Below, one piece after another: positions 1-8,154 of a DNA stretch of 20,000 bases; position 1 is the stretch's first letter; the number at the start of each line of letters is the position of its first letter. The position numbers were made by a program, and so were the translations under genes. The notes under the pieces were generated by a model. That model had not been told where the DNA came from, searched no databases, and saw only the letters and a program-made list of their open reading frames with translations. Source of the DNA: an uncultured virus (IMG/VR IMGVR_UViG_3300044731_001157) (lineage: Duplodnaviria; Heunggongvirae; Uroviricota; Caudoviricetes); the IMG/VR virus record IMGVR_UViG_3300044731_001157. One strand, 5' to 3'.

Positions 1-1
1 T

Positions 2-247
2 GGGGAACTTTCTGTTTTAGACAAAAGACTTACTGAATTAAACGACTTTTTTGCGAAAAAAAATTGCGAAATGGTATTGGGTAATAAAAAAATAGAAGAA
101 GTTTTAGAAATATCTAAAAAGTATGGCGAAATAGACAAAGTAAGAATTGAAACTCAAAGTATTGCAGAAAGAAATAAACGCATATTCATAGGAGTTGGAA
201 TTGTTTTGGCTGGAGCTGGTATAATATTAATTACAAATAAAAAATAA
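2..247 (+). CDS. 5'-truncated protein with C-terminal transmembrane helix (putative virion membrane protein)
   Basis: Frame open from position 2 to TAA at 245-247; ends RIFIGVGIVLAGAGIILITNKK. Not in the ORF track. Confidence 0.8.
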   Translation, partial: GELSVLDKRLTELNDFFAKKNCEMVLGNKKIEEVLEISKKYGEIDKVRIETQSIAERNKRIFIGVGIVLAGAGIILITNKK

Positions 248-248
248 A

Positions 249-734
249 ATGAATAAAAAAGTATTAATCATAGGGGGTGGTGTTGTAGTATTAGGTGCTA
301 TTGGCTATTTGTATTTTACAAATAAGAAAAAGCAAGATGCTTTATTGTCAGGTGGAACTTCTGGAGCAGGTTCAACAAGTGTAACGCCAACAACAGGAAC
401 ACCTACAACAGGAGTTGGAGCAAGTCCAATTAATAGCGAAATACCGCCATTATCTACTGGTGGAATAGTAACATCAGCAACAAAAGCACCAACTATTCAA
501 GGTCAAGAAGATTTAGACAAAGCAAATGACATTGTTGTTAAGCTAAAAGATTATTATCAAAAAAGCTCTTTTCAACAAGCGAGAATTAATTCTTATAAAC
601 CTTTATCAATGAGTTTTTCTTTTATGAAGCCATCAAATCCTTATCCAATAATGATTAAAAAATTAAAAGATGACTTGCTTAAATTAGGTTACGAATATAA
701 AGGCGAAAAAGATGGAGTTTTAGTTAAACTTTAA
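249..734 (+). CDS. N-terminally membrane-anchored protein with Gly/Thr/Ser-rich linker
   Basis: MNKKVLIIGGGVVVLGAIGYLYF anchor followed by KKK; 1 nt after the previous stop. Confidence 0.8.
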   Translation: MNKKVLIIGGGVVVLGAIGYLYFTNKKKQDALLSGGTSGAGSTSVTPTTGTPTTGVGASPINSEIPPLSTGGIVTSATKAPTIQGQEDLDKANDIVVKLKDYYQKSSFQQARINSYKPLSMSFSFMKPSNPYPIMIKKLKDDLLKLGYEYKGEKDGVLVKL

Positions 735-745
735 AATTATAAAAA

Positions 746-1018
746 ATGAAAAATAAAGCATATATTTGGGTTGCATTAGCAATATTGGGAGTTGGTGGTT
801 ATTTAGCTTACAAAGAGTTTAAAAAAGTAAAGGTATTAACCAAAGAAGATAGTATTAACATAATCATTGAAAACGCAAAACACAAAGATAGAAATACTAT
901 TTCTACATTTGATGTTGGGTTTTTAGGAGTATGGGCAAATGCTATTTTAGAAAACAAAGAAACTTTTGTTTATAATGGCAAAAGTTATAGAACTCAAGGT
1001 GGAACAGCTTTAAAATAA
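746..1018 (+). CDS. small N-terminally membrane-anchored protein
   Basis: YIWVALAILGVGGYLAY helix, A-rich leader, operon packing. Confidence 0.8.
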   Translation: MKNKAYIWVALAILGVGGYLAYKEFKKVKVLTKEDSINIIIENAKHKDRNTISTFDVGFLGVWANAILENKETFVYNGKSYRTQGGTALK

Positions 1019-1023
1019 TAGAT

Positions 1024-1554
1024 ATGAGTAAATTTAATATAAATCAAGCCACTTCTAAAACAGGAGAGTTTATTGCAACTAATAAAAAGCCATTACTTTA
1101 CATAGGTGGTGCTATTGCAGTTACAATTCTCGCAGTAACTGTGGTTAGAAGATTGAAAGGTAAAATAGAAGGTAAAGATATTAGCAAAGGTAAATTTGTT
1201 GAGCAAGATATTGATTTGACCAAAACCACTATTAGCGTACAAACAGCCAAAAATTATGCTGAAATTTTATTTGAAGCTTTTAACTATGATTGGGGAACTG
1301 ATAAATCTCAAGTTGAATCGGTTTTTAGTCGAATTAAACCAGAAGATTTTAAGTTGATATATAATGCCTATGGTAAAAGAGATTACGGAACTTTAACAGG
1401 TTTAAGTCCTACTTGGGCGGAAAGAGCAGGTGGTCTTTATAGAAGTTTAGATTTAGTTCAATGGATTAATGAAGAATTAGAAATAGGCGATAGTGCATTA
1501 AGAGAAAAAATAAGAAAAGTAGCAGAGCCAGCAGGATTTGTTATAGAAAGATAA
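1024..1554 (+). CDS. membrane-anchored protein with annexin-like repeat
   Basis: TM helix (LLYIGGAIAVTILAVTVV), then AFNYDWGTDKSQVESVFSRIKPEDFKLIYNAYG resembling the annexin GxGTDE...I...Y...YG repeat. Confidence 0.6.
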   Translation: MSKFNINQATSKTGEFIATNKKPLLYIGGAIAVTILAVTVVRRLKGKIEGKDISKGKFVEQDIDLTKTTISVQTAKNYAEILFEAFNYDWGTDKSQVESVFSRIKPEDFKLIYNAYGKRDYGTLTGLSPTWAERAGGLYRSLDLVQWINEELEIGDSALREKIRKVAEPAGFVIER

Positions 1555-1571
1555 TATAAAAAAATAAAGAT

Positions 1572-2180
1572 ATGCCAAACGTATTAAGTTTATATCAAGA
1601 AGATGTGCCTACGGATTCAATATCTACAATAAGTGGAGGTAATTATTCAAGTGGTGGGTCAGGTGTTTCAACAAATACAAATTCAACAAGTAATACTACA
1701 ACAAGTGGTGGTAATACTACTACTACTACTAATACTACTGGAACGAGTGCGATTTCAGAGCCGTATGTAGATACAAAACCTCCAAAATCAACAGGTAACA
1801 TTCAAGGCGGTTTATATCCAGAATGTTTAAAAAAATGGGAGCAAGTATTGGCTGTTACTAAATTTGAAAGTACTCAAGCAATGGAAGAAGCAAAAAAACG
1901 CTTTATGACTGATTGTATGACTTCTTCAACAACAGGAACAAGTGCTATTGTAGAGCCAGAAATAGTTACTCCAATAAGCGGAACTTCAACAGGAACTACA
2001 ACAACTAACGTAATTCTGCCTAATTTGGGTGGTTTTTTAAGTAGTTTGACTGGCGGTGGAGCAGGTGGCGGTGGCGGTGCTACTGAAGAAGACGTTTTAA
2101 CTCCAAATAAAAAACCATTTCCTTATTGGATAATTGCAGTAGCAGTTGTAGGTGGTTATTTAATTTTAAGAAAAAAATAA
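1572..2180 (+). CDS. low-complexity Thr/Ser/Gly-rich protein with C-terminal membrane anchor
   Basis: Poly-Thr and poly-Gly tracts, a central two-Cys helical segment, ends YWIIAVAVVGGYLILRKK. Confidence 0.8.
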   Translation: MPNVLSLYQEDVPTDSISTISGGNYSSGGSGVSTNTNSTSNTTTSGGNTTTTTNTTGTSAISEPYVDTKPPKSTGNIQGGLYPECLKKWEQVLAVTKFESTQAMEEAKKRFMTDCMTSSTTGTSAIVEPEIVTPISGTSTGTTTTNVILPNLGGFLSSLTGGGAGGGGGATEEDVLTPNKKPFPYWIIAVAVVGGYLILRKK

Positions 2181-2181
2181 T

Positions 2182-2376
2182 ATGCAACAAGGTTTAATAT
2201 ACGACCCTACCGCATATAAAAGAATAGATGACTTTTTAAGCGGTCAAGAAACAGAACTTGTCAAATTAGAAAAAAGCGATGAAAGTCGAAAACAAAAACT
2301 AATTAGATTAGGCGTTATTTTAGGGGTTAGTGCTGTATTAATATTAGGTTTAAAGGTTTTAATTAAAAGAAAGTAA
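2182..2376 (+). CDS. small C-terminally anchored membrane protein
   Basis: LGVILGVSAVLILGL helix followed by a basic tail; 1 nt after the previous stop. Confidence 0.75.
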   Translation: MQQGLIYDPTAYKRIDDFLSGQETELVKLEKSDESRKQKLIRLGVILGVSAVLILGLKVLIKRK

Positions 2377-2379
2377 ACA

Positions 2380-2940
2380 ATGTCAACATCTGTTTTATTT
2401 GCCTTACAAGAAGGTCTTATAGGCTCTACTGATTTACGTACCGTTTTCCTAAAAGAATATTTAGAGAAACGGTATAATGCTTTTGAAAAAGATTGTATAG
2501 TAATTGACAGAAACATTAAAGAAGCGAAAGATAATTTGGCATACCTAAAAGCAGAAAGGCTAAAAGGGTATGAAATGAGTTATGAAACGCAACCAGAATC
2601 GATAAAAGAACTATTAGATTTGTTTATCGATTATATTAATAAAAAAGCTCCTCAAAAATACAGAAATGAAACTCCAAACAAAAAAAGTTATTTTGGAGAA
2701 ATAATGAGCGAAAAATTATTGCCTTATTATATTTTAAGATTAGAGCAATTATTTACAAGAATAGATTGTAGAAATAATATCGAATACAAACGATTAGTTG
2801 AAAGTGCAGAAATACTAACACAGCAGTCGGCAAAATCAGAACAAAACTTTTTAAAAGGAAGTAATACAGAACAATATATTTACATAGGTGCAGGAGCGTT
2901 GGTTTTGTTGGTTGGGGTTTATGTAATTCTTAAAAAATAA
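2380..2940 (+). CDS. helical protein with C-terminal membrane anchor
   Basis: Ends YIYIGAGALVLLVGVYVILKK; operon packing. Confidence 0.8.
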   Translation: MSTSVLFALQEGLIGSTDLRTVFLKEYLEKRYNAFEKDCIVIDRNIKEAKDNLAYLKAERLKGYEMSYETQPESIKELLDLFIDYINKKAPQKYRNETPNKKSYFGEIMSEKLLPYYILRLEQLFTRIDCRNNIEYKRLVESAEILTQQSAKSEQNFLKGSNTEQYIYIGAGALVLLVGVYVILKK

Positions 2941-2944
2941 GAAT

Positions 2945-3508
2945 ATGATTAAAAAAGCATTAATAATAGGCGGTGTTGGATTAGCTGGATTTGGATTATA
3001 TAGATATTTCAAATATCAAGTTGATTTAGCAATGAAGTATGATTATAAAATCAAAAACTTCAAATATTTAGGTATTAGCGGTAACGATGTAAAAGTAAGT
3101 GCTACTATCGAAATTACAAATAAATCTAATTTTAGATTAGAAATTAATTCATTTGATTTAAGGCTGTTTTACAATGGCAAAAAGTTTGCTGATGTAGTTT
3201 CTACTAAAAAAATAATTATTGAGCCAAATAGGTCTTTTGACATAACTGGCGTTGGTATTATAAACGTAAATGACATTAAAGAAGGATTACCAAGTTTCTT
3301 ATCGGATGTTCTAAAAAAGAAACCAATTAATATTGAGGTTGAAGGATACTTGAAAATTAAATTTATGAATATTAATTCAACTATTGACTTTAATAAAGAA
3401 AAATTTACCTATTCAAGTGATTTGATTACAGAGTATGGTTTTGGGGATAAATACGATAACTTAAAGCAGAAATACCCTAAAATTTTCTCTATTTTCGGAA
3501 TAAAATAG
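2945..3508 (+). CDS. LEA_2/WHy-domain membrane-anchored protein
   Basis: N-terminal TM helix, then the beta-rich IEITNKSNFRLEINSFDLRLFYNGKKFADV...IEPN pattern typical of LEA_2 (NPN-like motif, YNG). Confidence 0.7.
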   Translation: MIKKALIIGGVGLAGFGLYRYFKYQVDLAMKYDYKIKNFKYLGISGNDVKVSATIEITNKSNFRLEINSFDLRLFYNGKKFADVVSTKKIIIEPNRSFDITGVGIINVNDIKEGLPSFLSDVLKKKPINIEVEGYLKIKFMNINSTIDFNKEKFTYSSDLITEYGFGDKYDNLKQKYPKIFSIFGIK

Positions 3509-3534
3509 TACTTTTGAAGTTAGAAACTTTAAAA
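3509..3534 (+). promoter_or_regulatory. Bacteroidota-type -7 promoter element upstream of the 3543 gene
   Basis: TACTTTTG (TAnnTTTG) at 3509-3516 in one of the few intergenic gaps, followed by AACTTTAAAA as in the repeated minus-strand promoters. Confidence 0.5.
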
Positions 3535-3542
3535 TAAAAAAA

Positions 3543-3968
3543 ATGGTTGAGGGTATTGTTAAAAAAATTATGTTTACAGGCATTGAAAAATATGCTAAAA
3601 ATTATGGGTTAACGGATTTACAAGTTCAAATTAAAGTATTGAACGATGAAAATGGAAGTGTTACCTACAAAATGTGTAAAAACTATAACGAAGAAGAAGA
3701 AGTGAGGTTTTTGCAGATTATGGATAAAAAATTGGATATGTTTGGCTACGAAGCATTAGCAAGTCCGTTTTTAAAAAGAAGTTTAATAGAAAGTGCTGAA
3801 GAAAATGAAATTAATGTAAGTCAAGTTTGTTGTTTTATCTTCAAATATGAAGATGGAAATAAAAAGCAAGGTGTAGGATTGGGTTTTTACCAAATTGCAG
3901 ATGACAAACCTTTGAAAAAACTTAAAGTAGTTCCATTATCAAAGCATTTAGAAAAATTAGGGTTATAA
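3543..3968 (+). CDS. hypothetical soluble protein
   Basis: 141-aa ORF with A-rich leader; no recognised motif. Confidence 0.75.
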   Translation: MVEGIVKKIMFTGIEKYAKNYGLTDLQVQIKVLNDENGSVTYKMCKNYNEEEEVRFLQIMDKKLDMFGYEALASPFLKRSLIESAEENEINVSQVCCFIFKYEDGNKKQGVGLGFYQIADDKPLKKLKVVPLSKHLEKLGL

Positions 3969-3969
3969 A

Positions 3970-4281
3970 ATGGGATTACAAAGAGGTAGAAAACCACAAG
4001 AAAATCTAATAAGTGTTCCAGAAAGCGATATGACTTTCATAAAGGATATGTTGACAAAAATGAATGGTAAGTTAAACGAAATGGAAATTTCGTTAATAAA
4101 ACTTAACCAAACAGTAATTGGCAATAAAGAATATGGTCAAAAAGGACTTGTAGAACAAGTTAATGAGCATAGGAAATATATCGAAGAAGATAAGAATTAT
4201 AAAGCTAAAGTTATTGGTGGAGTTACGGTAATTGGAGTTATTTATGGCGTACTTCTCAAATATTGGGAAAAAATATTTTAA
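3970..4281 (+). CDS. coiled-coil protein with C-terminal TM helix (holin/XhlA-like architecture)
   Basis: Heptad region, GNKEYGQKGLVEQV, terminal hydrophobic helix. Function inferred from architecture only. Confidence 0.5.
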   Translation: MGLQRGRKPQENLISVPESDMTFIKDMLTKMNGKLNEMEISLIKLNQTVIGNKEYGQKGLVEQVNEHRKYIEEDKNYKAKVIGGVTVIGVIYGVLLKYWEKIF

Positions 4282-4290
4282 AAAAAAATT

Positions 4291-4899
4291 ATGGGAAATG
4301 TAACAACTTCAAAAGCTAATAATATAAATTCTCCAGATGGGAACAGTTTAGCTGTTTTTGTTGATGGAAATGATGATATAATGAAGGTTAAAGATGTAAG
4401 AGGAAATGTTCAAGAATTAAGCGACTATATTGTTATACCAACACCGCCAACAACAGAGTATATATATATGTATGCTCAAAGCACACAAAATCAGGTTTTT
4501 GATGCAATAAATAATATAGTATTGTCATTTGATAACGTACCAATAAAAAGTGGTATATCAATTAGTGATGCTGATAGAAAAATAACTGTTTCGGAAGCAG
4601 GGATTTATAACTTTAATTTGTCTTTACAATTAAATAATAAAGATGTTTCTATAAGACAAGTTAATATTTGGATGCAAAATGGAGTTAATAATTTAGATGA
4701 TTCAAACAAAATATATAAATTAAATGCAGATGATTTTATCTTATTTAACTACAACATTACTTTAGAATTAGATGCAACAGAACAATTATATTTTTATGGA
4801 TTTACAAATAGCAGTAATGTTCAATTATCAGTTACAGCTGGCACTTTTGGAAAACCAGATAGTCCTTCGGCTACATTAACAATTAATAAAATAGGTTAA
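4291..4899 (+). CDS. putative spike/receptor-binding protein with C1q/TNF(BclA)-like C-terminal domain
   Basis: LSFD...SGIS...ITVSEAGIYNFNLSLQL...PSATLTINKIG pattern; N-terminal 46 aa shared with the next gene; proline linker. Confidence 0.6.
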   Translation: MGNVTTSKANNINSPDGNSLAVFVDGNDDIMKVKDVRGNVQELSDYIVIPTPPTTEYIYMYAQSTQNQVFDAINNIVLSFDNVPIKSGISISDADRKITVSEAGIYNFNLSLQLNNKDVSIRQVNIWMQNGVNNLDDSNKIYKLNADDFILFNYNITLELDATEQLYFYGFTNSSNVQLSVTAGTFGKPDSPSATLTINKIG

Positions 4900-5039
4900 T
4901 TATGGGAAATGTAACAACTTCAAAAGCTAATAATATAACTTCTCCAAACGGAAATAGTTTGGCTGTTTTTGTTGATGGTAATGATGACATAATAAAAGTA
5001 AAAGATGTTAGGGGTAATGTTCAGAATTTAAGCGATTAT
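4291..5039 (+). repeat. duplicated 138-bp 5' module (4291-4428 and 4902-5039)
   Basis: 42 of 46 encoded residues identical; DNA differences largely synonymous. Confidence 0.95.
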
Positions 5040-5447
5040 GTAAATCCACCTACACAACCATTTGACTCTTTGTTTACAGATGCTTCTGGAACATTAGCCG
5101 GTGTAACTGTAAGAAGTTATTATACTATGATTGCACCAAATATTTGTTATTTTAGAGTATATGTAGATTTTGTTGGCTGTACTAATTTTGGTACTGGTCA
5201 ATATCAAATAACATTACCTTTTGCAAGTGCTGAAACAATGCGACAAGCTAATGGTACTTTGCATCAAACAACTGGTAATTCTTTATATCATATTGCAGGA
5301 ATTACAGACATTTCAGTTAGTTCAACAATACACAAATTATACTATTCTGGAAGTACAACTGATTTGAATTGGAAATTTAATACACCAGTAGGTGCAACAA
5401 CTGTAACAAGTCATTTTGATATTAGTGGGGTATATGAAATTTTATAA
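4902..5447 (+). CDS. second putative spike/fibre protein with a different beta-rich C-terminal domain
   Basis: Same N-terminal module; C-terminus GTGQYQITLPF...DISGVYEI resembles phage fibre tip domains. Confidence 0.55.
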   Translation: MGNVTTSKANNITSPNGNSLAVFVDGNDDIIKVKDVRGNVQNLSDYVNPPTQPFDSLFTDASGTLAGVTVRSYYTMIAPNICYFRVYVDFVGCTNFGTGQYQITLPFASAETMRQANGTLHQTTGNSLYHIAGITDISVSSTIHKLYYSGSTTDLNWKFNTPVGATTVTSHFDISGVYEIL

Positions 5448-5459
5448 AAAATAAAAAGT

Positions 5460-6017
5460 ATGACAAATCAAGAAATAGCAACTAAAAAGGTTGCGGATTT
5501 TATATATAAAAAGCCAGAAGTAGTCGTATCTATTCTTAAAGAGAGTGGTTACGACATTTCAGTTGATACAGCTACGTTAAGACAAATAAACGAACTTACC
5601 TTTACGGCTTTATCTAATCAAGAAGAACCTTTTACTAAAAAGTTTACAGAAGCCTATGCTTCAGATGGTTACTTGAATTTTGAGCCAGTATCTATGAGTA
5701 TTATGGCTGGTGCAAGTATTATCAGTTCAATTATTGGTGGTGCAAGAGCGAAAAAAGAAGCGAAAAAACAAAGAGAATTACAAAAAGCAATGTTTTTAGC
5801 GAACTTGACATCTCAAGAAAAATTGAAATATGAAGAATTGAAATTGCAAGGAGAAACAGCAAGAACTCAAATATTGGCAAATTCTTTAAAAGATTATAAA
5901 ATTGCATTACAACAAGAAGGAACTCAAAGGCTAAAAGATACTTGGTTGTATTTAGTAGGTGCTGGTTTGGCTATTTCAATGTTTTACGGAATATTTTTAT
6001 TCACAAAAGAAGATTAA
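5460..6017 (+). CDS. membrane protein with internal hydrophobic segment, coiled coil and C-terminal TM helix
   Basis: SIMAGASIISSIIGGA, charged helix, WLYLVGAGLAISMFYGIFLF. Confidence 0.8.
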   Translation: MTNQEIATKKVADFIYKKPEVVVSILKESGYDISVDTATLRQINELTFTALSNQEEPFTKKFTEAYASDGYLNFEPVSMSIMAGASIISSIIGGARAKKEAKKQRELQKAMFLANLTSQEKLKYEELKLQGETARTQILANSLKDYKIALQQEGTQRLKDTWLYLVGAGLAISMFYGIFLFTKED

Positions 6018-6018
6018 A

Positions 6019-6432
6019 ATGGGTTTATTAGATGGAATTTTAGGGGGTGTTGGCAAAACTACTGGTGGAGTAGGTGCAAGTGCAACTTCTGGTGCTAAAG
6101 GTGGCGGTAGTGGTTTAGGAGAACAAGCAATTGCTATGGTAGCGAGTATGATAGTTGATTATGCTTTTGCTTCTTCAATTAAAAAAGACCAAAAAAGATT
6201 TGAGCAAGAAATTTCCAAATTAGACGAAAAAAAACAACGTGAATTGTTGGCTAAAGTTCAGCAAGTTCAAACTGAATTAGAAAGACAAAACATAGTTTTT
6301 CAATATATTGATAAAGGTAGAATTGAGGAATTAAAAAAAGAAGATAACAACAGTAAAAAATATCTTTATATTGGTTTAGGGGTTGGTGTTATCATATATG
6401 CTTTAATGATTTTAAAATTAAAAAAACGATGA
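6019..6432 (+). CDS. Gly-rich N-terminus, coiled coil, C-terminal TM protein (DNA-delivery/pilot-like architecture)
   Basis: Start reassigned to ATG 6019 (MGLLDGILGG), 1 nt after the previous stop. The track start at 5959 overlaps the upstream gene. Confidence 0.75.
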   Translation: MGLLDGILGGVGKTTGGVGASATSGAKGGGSGLGEQAIAMVASMIVDYAFASSIKKDQKRFEQEISKLDEKKQRELLAKVQQVQTELERQNIVFQYIDKGRIEELKKEDNNSKKYLYIGLGVGVIIYALMILKLKKR

Positions 6433-6788
6433 ATAAAGAGGTAAAAACGCTATTAATAACATTGGGAGTTGCTTTAGGTTTAGTATGGATTTTTAAACCT
6501 AAAAAAAGCGATTCAAGTTCAACTTCAACAAGTAGCGGTGGTAAATATTTAGAGCCAAAAGAAGCTACTGAAGATGTGAAAAAAGAAAAAGAAAATGCCG
6601 TTATTGGACTTCAAGCTATGCGTGAAGCAATTAACTCTGGAGAAAAGAAAGCGGAATTAGATAAATTAAGTGCTATGATTCTAAAAGAAAACGGAATTAA
6701 AGTGGTTATTTCAAAAAAAACAAGCTTGTTGAGAGCTATGAATAAAAAAGGTAATGTAATTGCTGAAGAAGAAATAGACAATAAATAA
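6429..6788 (+). CDS. N-terminally membrane-anchored protein
   Basis: ATGA overlap with the previous stop; LLITLGVALGLVWIF helix. Confidence 0.8.
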   Translation: MNKEVKTLLITLGVALGLVWIFKPKKSDSSSTSTSSGGKYLEPKEATEDVKKEKENAVIGLQAMREAINSGEKKAELDKLSAMILKENGIKVVISKKTSLLRAMNKKGNVIAEEEIDNK

Positions 6789-6790
6789 TC

Positions 6791-7231
6791 ATGGGAACGG
6801 TAATAGCTACAACAAAAACTTTCAATAATGGAGCAATATCAGTTGTTAGTACAGATGGAACTTCATACGAATCCATATTAAATTCTATGGGGAGTTTTGT
6901 TTATGGCGTTGAAAAAGTATATGTAAAGGCTAATTCAAACTCTCAAATTTTAAATGGTTTTAAGGTAGAGCAGTATGATGTTAGTGGTTATATAAGGTCA
7001 TTTGAACAAAAACCAACTATCGACCCTTATCAATATCAAAAGTCTGTTTTTTTTAAAATGACAAAAGAAAATGTTGTCTTGAACGGACAAACAACATTTG
7101 ATTTGAATGTTTTGCCTAATGAAGTTGTTTATATGAATATTTATGTAAATCAACTTGCATTAAGAGATTATGTTTCTAAAACTTCTTTTTTTGATAACGA
7201 TTTTTTTAATAATTTTAAAGATGTCTTGTAA
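6791..7231 (+). CDS. beta-rich soluble protein, possible single jelly-roll capsid-associated protein
   Basis: Alternating hydrophobic strands, IDPYQYQ motif, no TM helix. The fold is an inference. Confidence 0.4.
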   Translation: MGTVIATTKTFNNGAISVVSTDGTSYESILNSMGSFVYGVEKVYVKANSNSQILNGFKVEQYDVSGYIRSFEQKPTIDPYQYQKSVFFKMTKENVVLNGQTTFDLNVLPNEVVYMNIYVNQLALRDYVSKTSFFDNDFFNNFKDVL

Positions 7232-7685
7232 CATAAACGATTTAAACCAAATTAAAATTCAAAATAGAGAGCATACCATATCTAAACTACAAACTGGAGA
7301 TTTAATAAAATCAAAAGTAGAAGTTTTGCCGATATTGTATCATTATGGAATTATTGAAAGGCAAGGAGATAAGCTATTCATTTACCACAACCAAACTGAT
7401 AAAATCAATTCAAATGGCGGTAATTTAATTTGTGAGCCTTTGGAAAACCATATAAAAGGAAAGGACATAATTTCGGTTACTAAAACAAATTTAAGTAGTG
7501 CTGATTTGAATCAAATGTACGATGCTTTGAAAGGCTATAAATATGACTTTATTAATTTCAATTGTGAGCATTATGTAAATTTTGCAACTGATAAAAAATT
7601 TATAAGTAATCAGGTTTTTAAATGGGGTTCTATTGTGGCAATTGGAATATTAGTTACTTACTTAATTAGAAAAAATAAAATATGA
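7221..7685 (+). CDS. LRAT-like permuted NlpC/P60 protein (acyltransferase/phospholipase family) with C-terminal TM helix
   Basis: LQTGDLI...YHYGI...IYH...YDFINFNCEHYV (H-box and NC-box); start reassigned to ATG 7221 (MSCNIND). Confidence 0.8.
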   Translation: MSCNINDLNQIKIQNREHTISKLQTGDLIKSKVEVLPILYHYGIIERQGDKLFIYHNQTDKINSNGGNLICEPLENHIKGKDIISVTKTNLSSADLNQMYDALKGYKYDFINFNCEHYVNFATDKKFISNQVFKWGSIVAIGILVTYLIRKNKI

Positions 7686-8023
7686 ATTTAAGTATAAATT
7701 TAAAGATAACAAATAATATTGGTGCAGAATTACCAATATCTATTTTGGGCGTTATTCAAAATCAAGATTCTTTTAATAATATTAATACTGTATATGAGTT
7801 TGATTTAAGTGGAGAAACTCTTAATTCTGTTTTATTTGTTTTTGCTTATTCTACGATAGCTCAACCATCAGTTAATATACAATATTTTTTTAACAATCCT
7901 ACGCCAACCATTCAAGGTTATGTAGATGATTTAAACACTTTAAATGTTGGTTATTTTACATACTATGGAACTACAATTTATATGTTAAGCAATAATTATA
8001 TTGGTAAGTCTATAAAAATATAA
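7682..8023 (+). CDS. beta-rich hypothetical structural protein
   Basis: Start overlaps the 3' end of the previous gene by 4 nt; last gene before the terminator. Confidence 0.65.
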   Translation: MNLSINLKITNNIGAELPISILGVIQNQDSFNNINTVYEFDLSGETLNSVLFVFAYSTIAQPSVNIQYFFNNPTPTIQGYVDDLNTLNVGYFTYYGTTIYMLSNNYIGKSIKI

Positions 8024-8026
8024 CAT

Positions 8027-8057
8027 AAAAAAAAGACCGATTTTACTCGGTCTTTTT
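8027..8057. terminator. bidirectional intrinsic terminator between convergent modules
   Basis: AAAAAGACCGA-TTTTAC-TCGGTCTTTTT perfect hairpin with T runs on both strands. Confidence 0.85.
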
Positions 8058-8154
8058 AATTTTCTAATTTAAAATAAGCATGAAAAAATATCTGCAAAGT
8101 GTTACATTTTTCAGAAAATGAAAACTTTTGTGATTACAAATATAATTAAAAAAA

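Noticed and set aside
1680..2085. ACT and GGT/GGC trinucleotide runs
   Set aside because: Explained by Thr- and Gly-rich coding sequence.
2244..2516. Minus-strand 90-aa ORF
   Set aside because: Shadow of two well-packed + strand genes.
4291..5447. Diversity-generating retroelement TR/VR pair
   Set aside because: The repeat is N-terminal, differences are not confined to adenines, and no reverse transcriptase is present.
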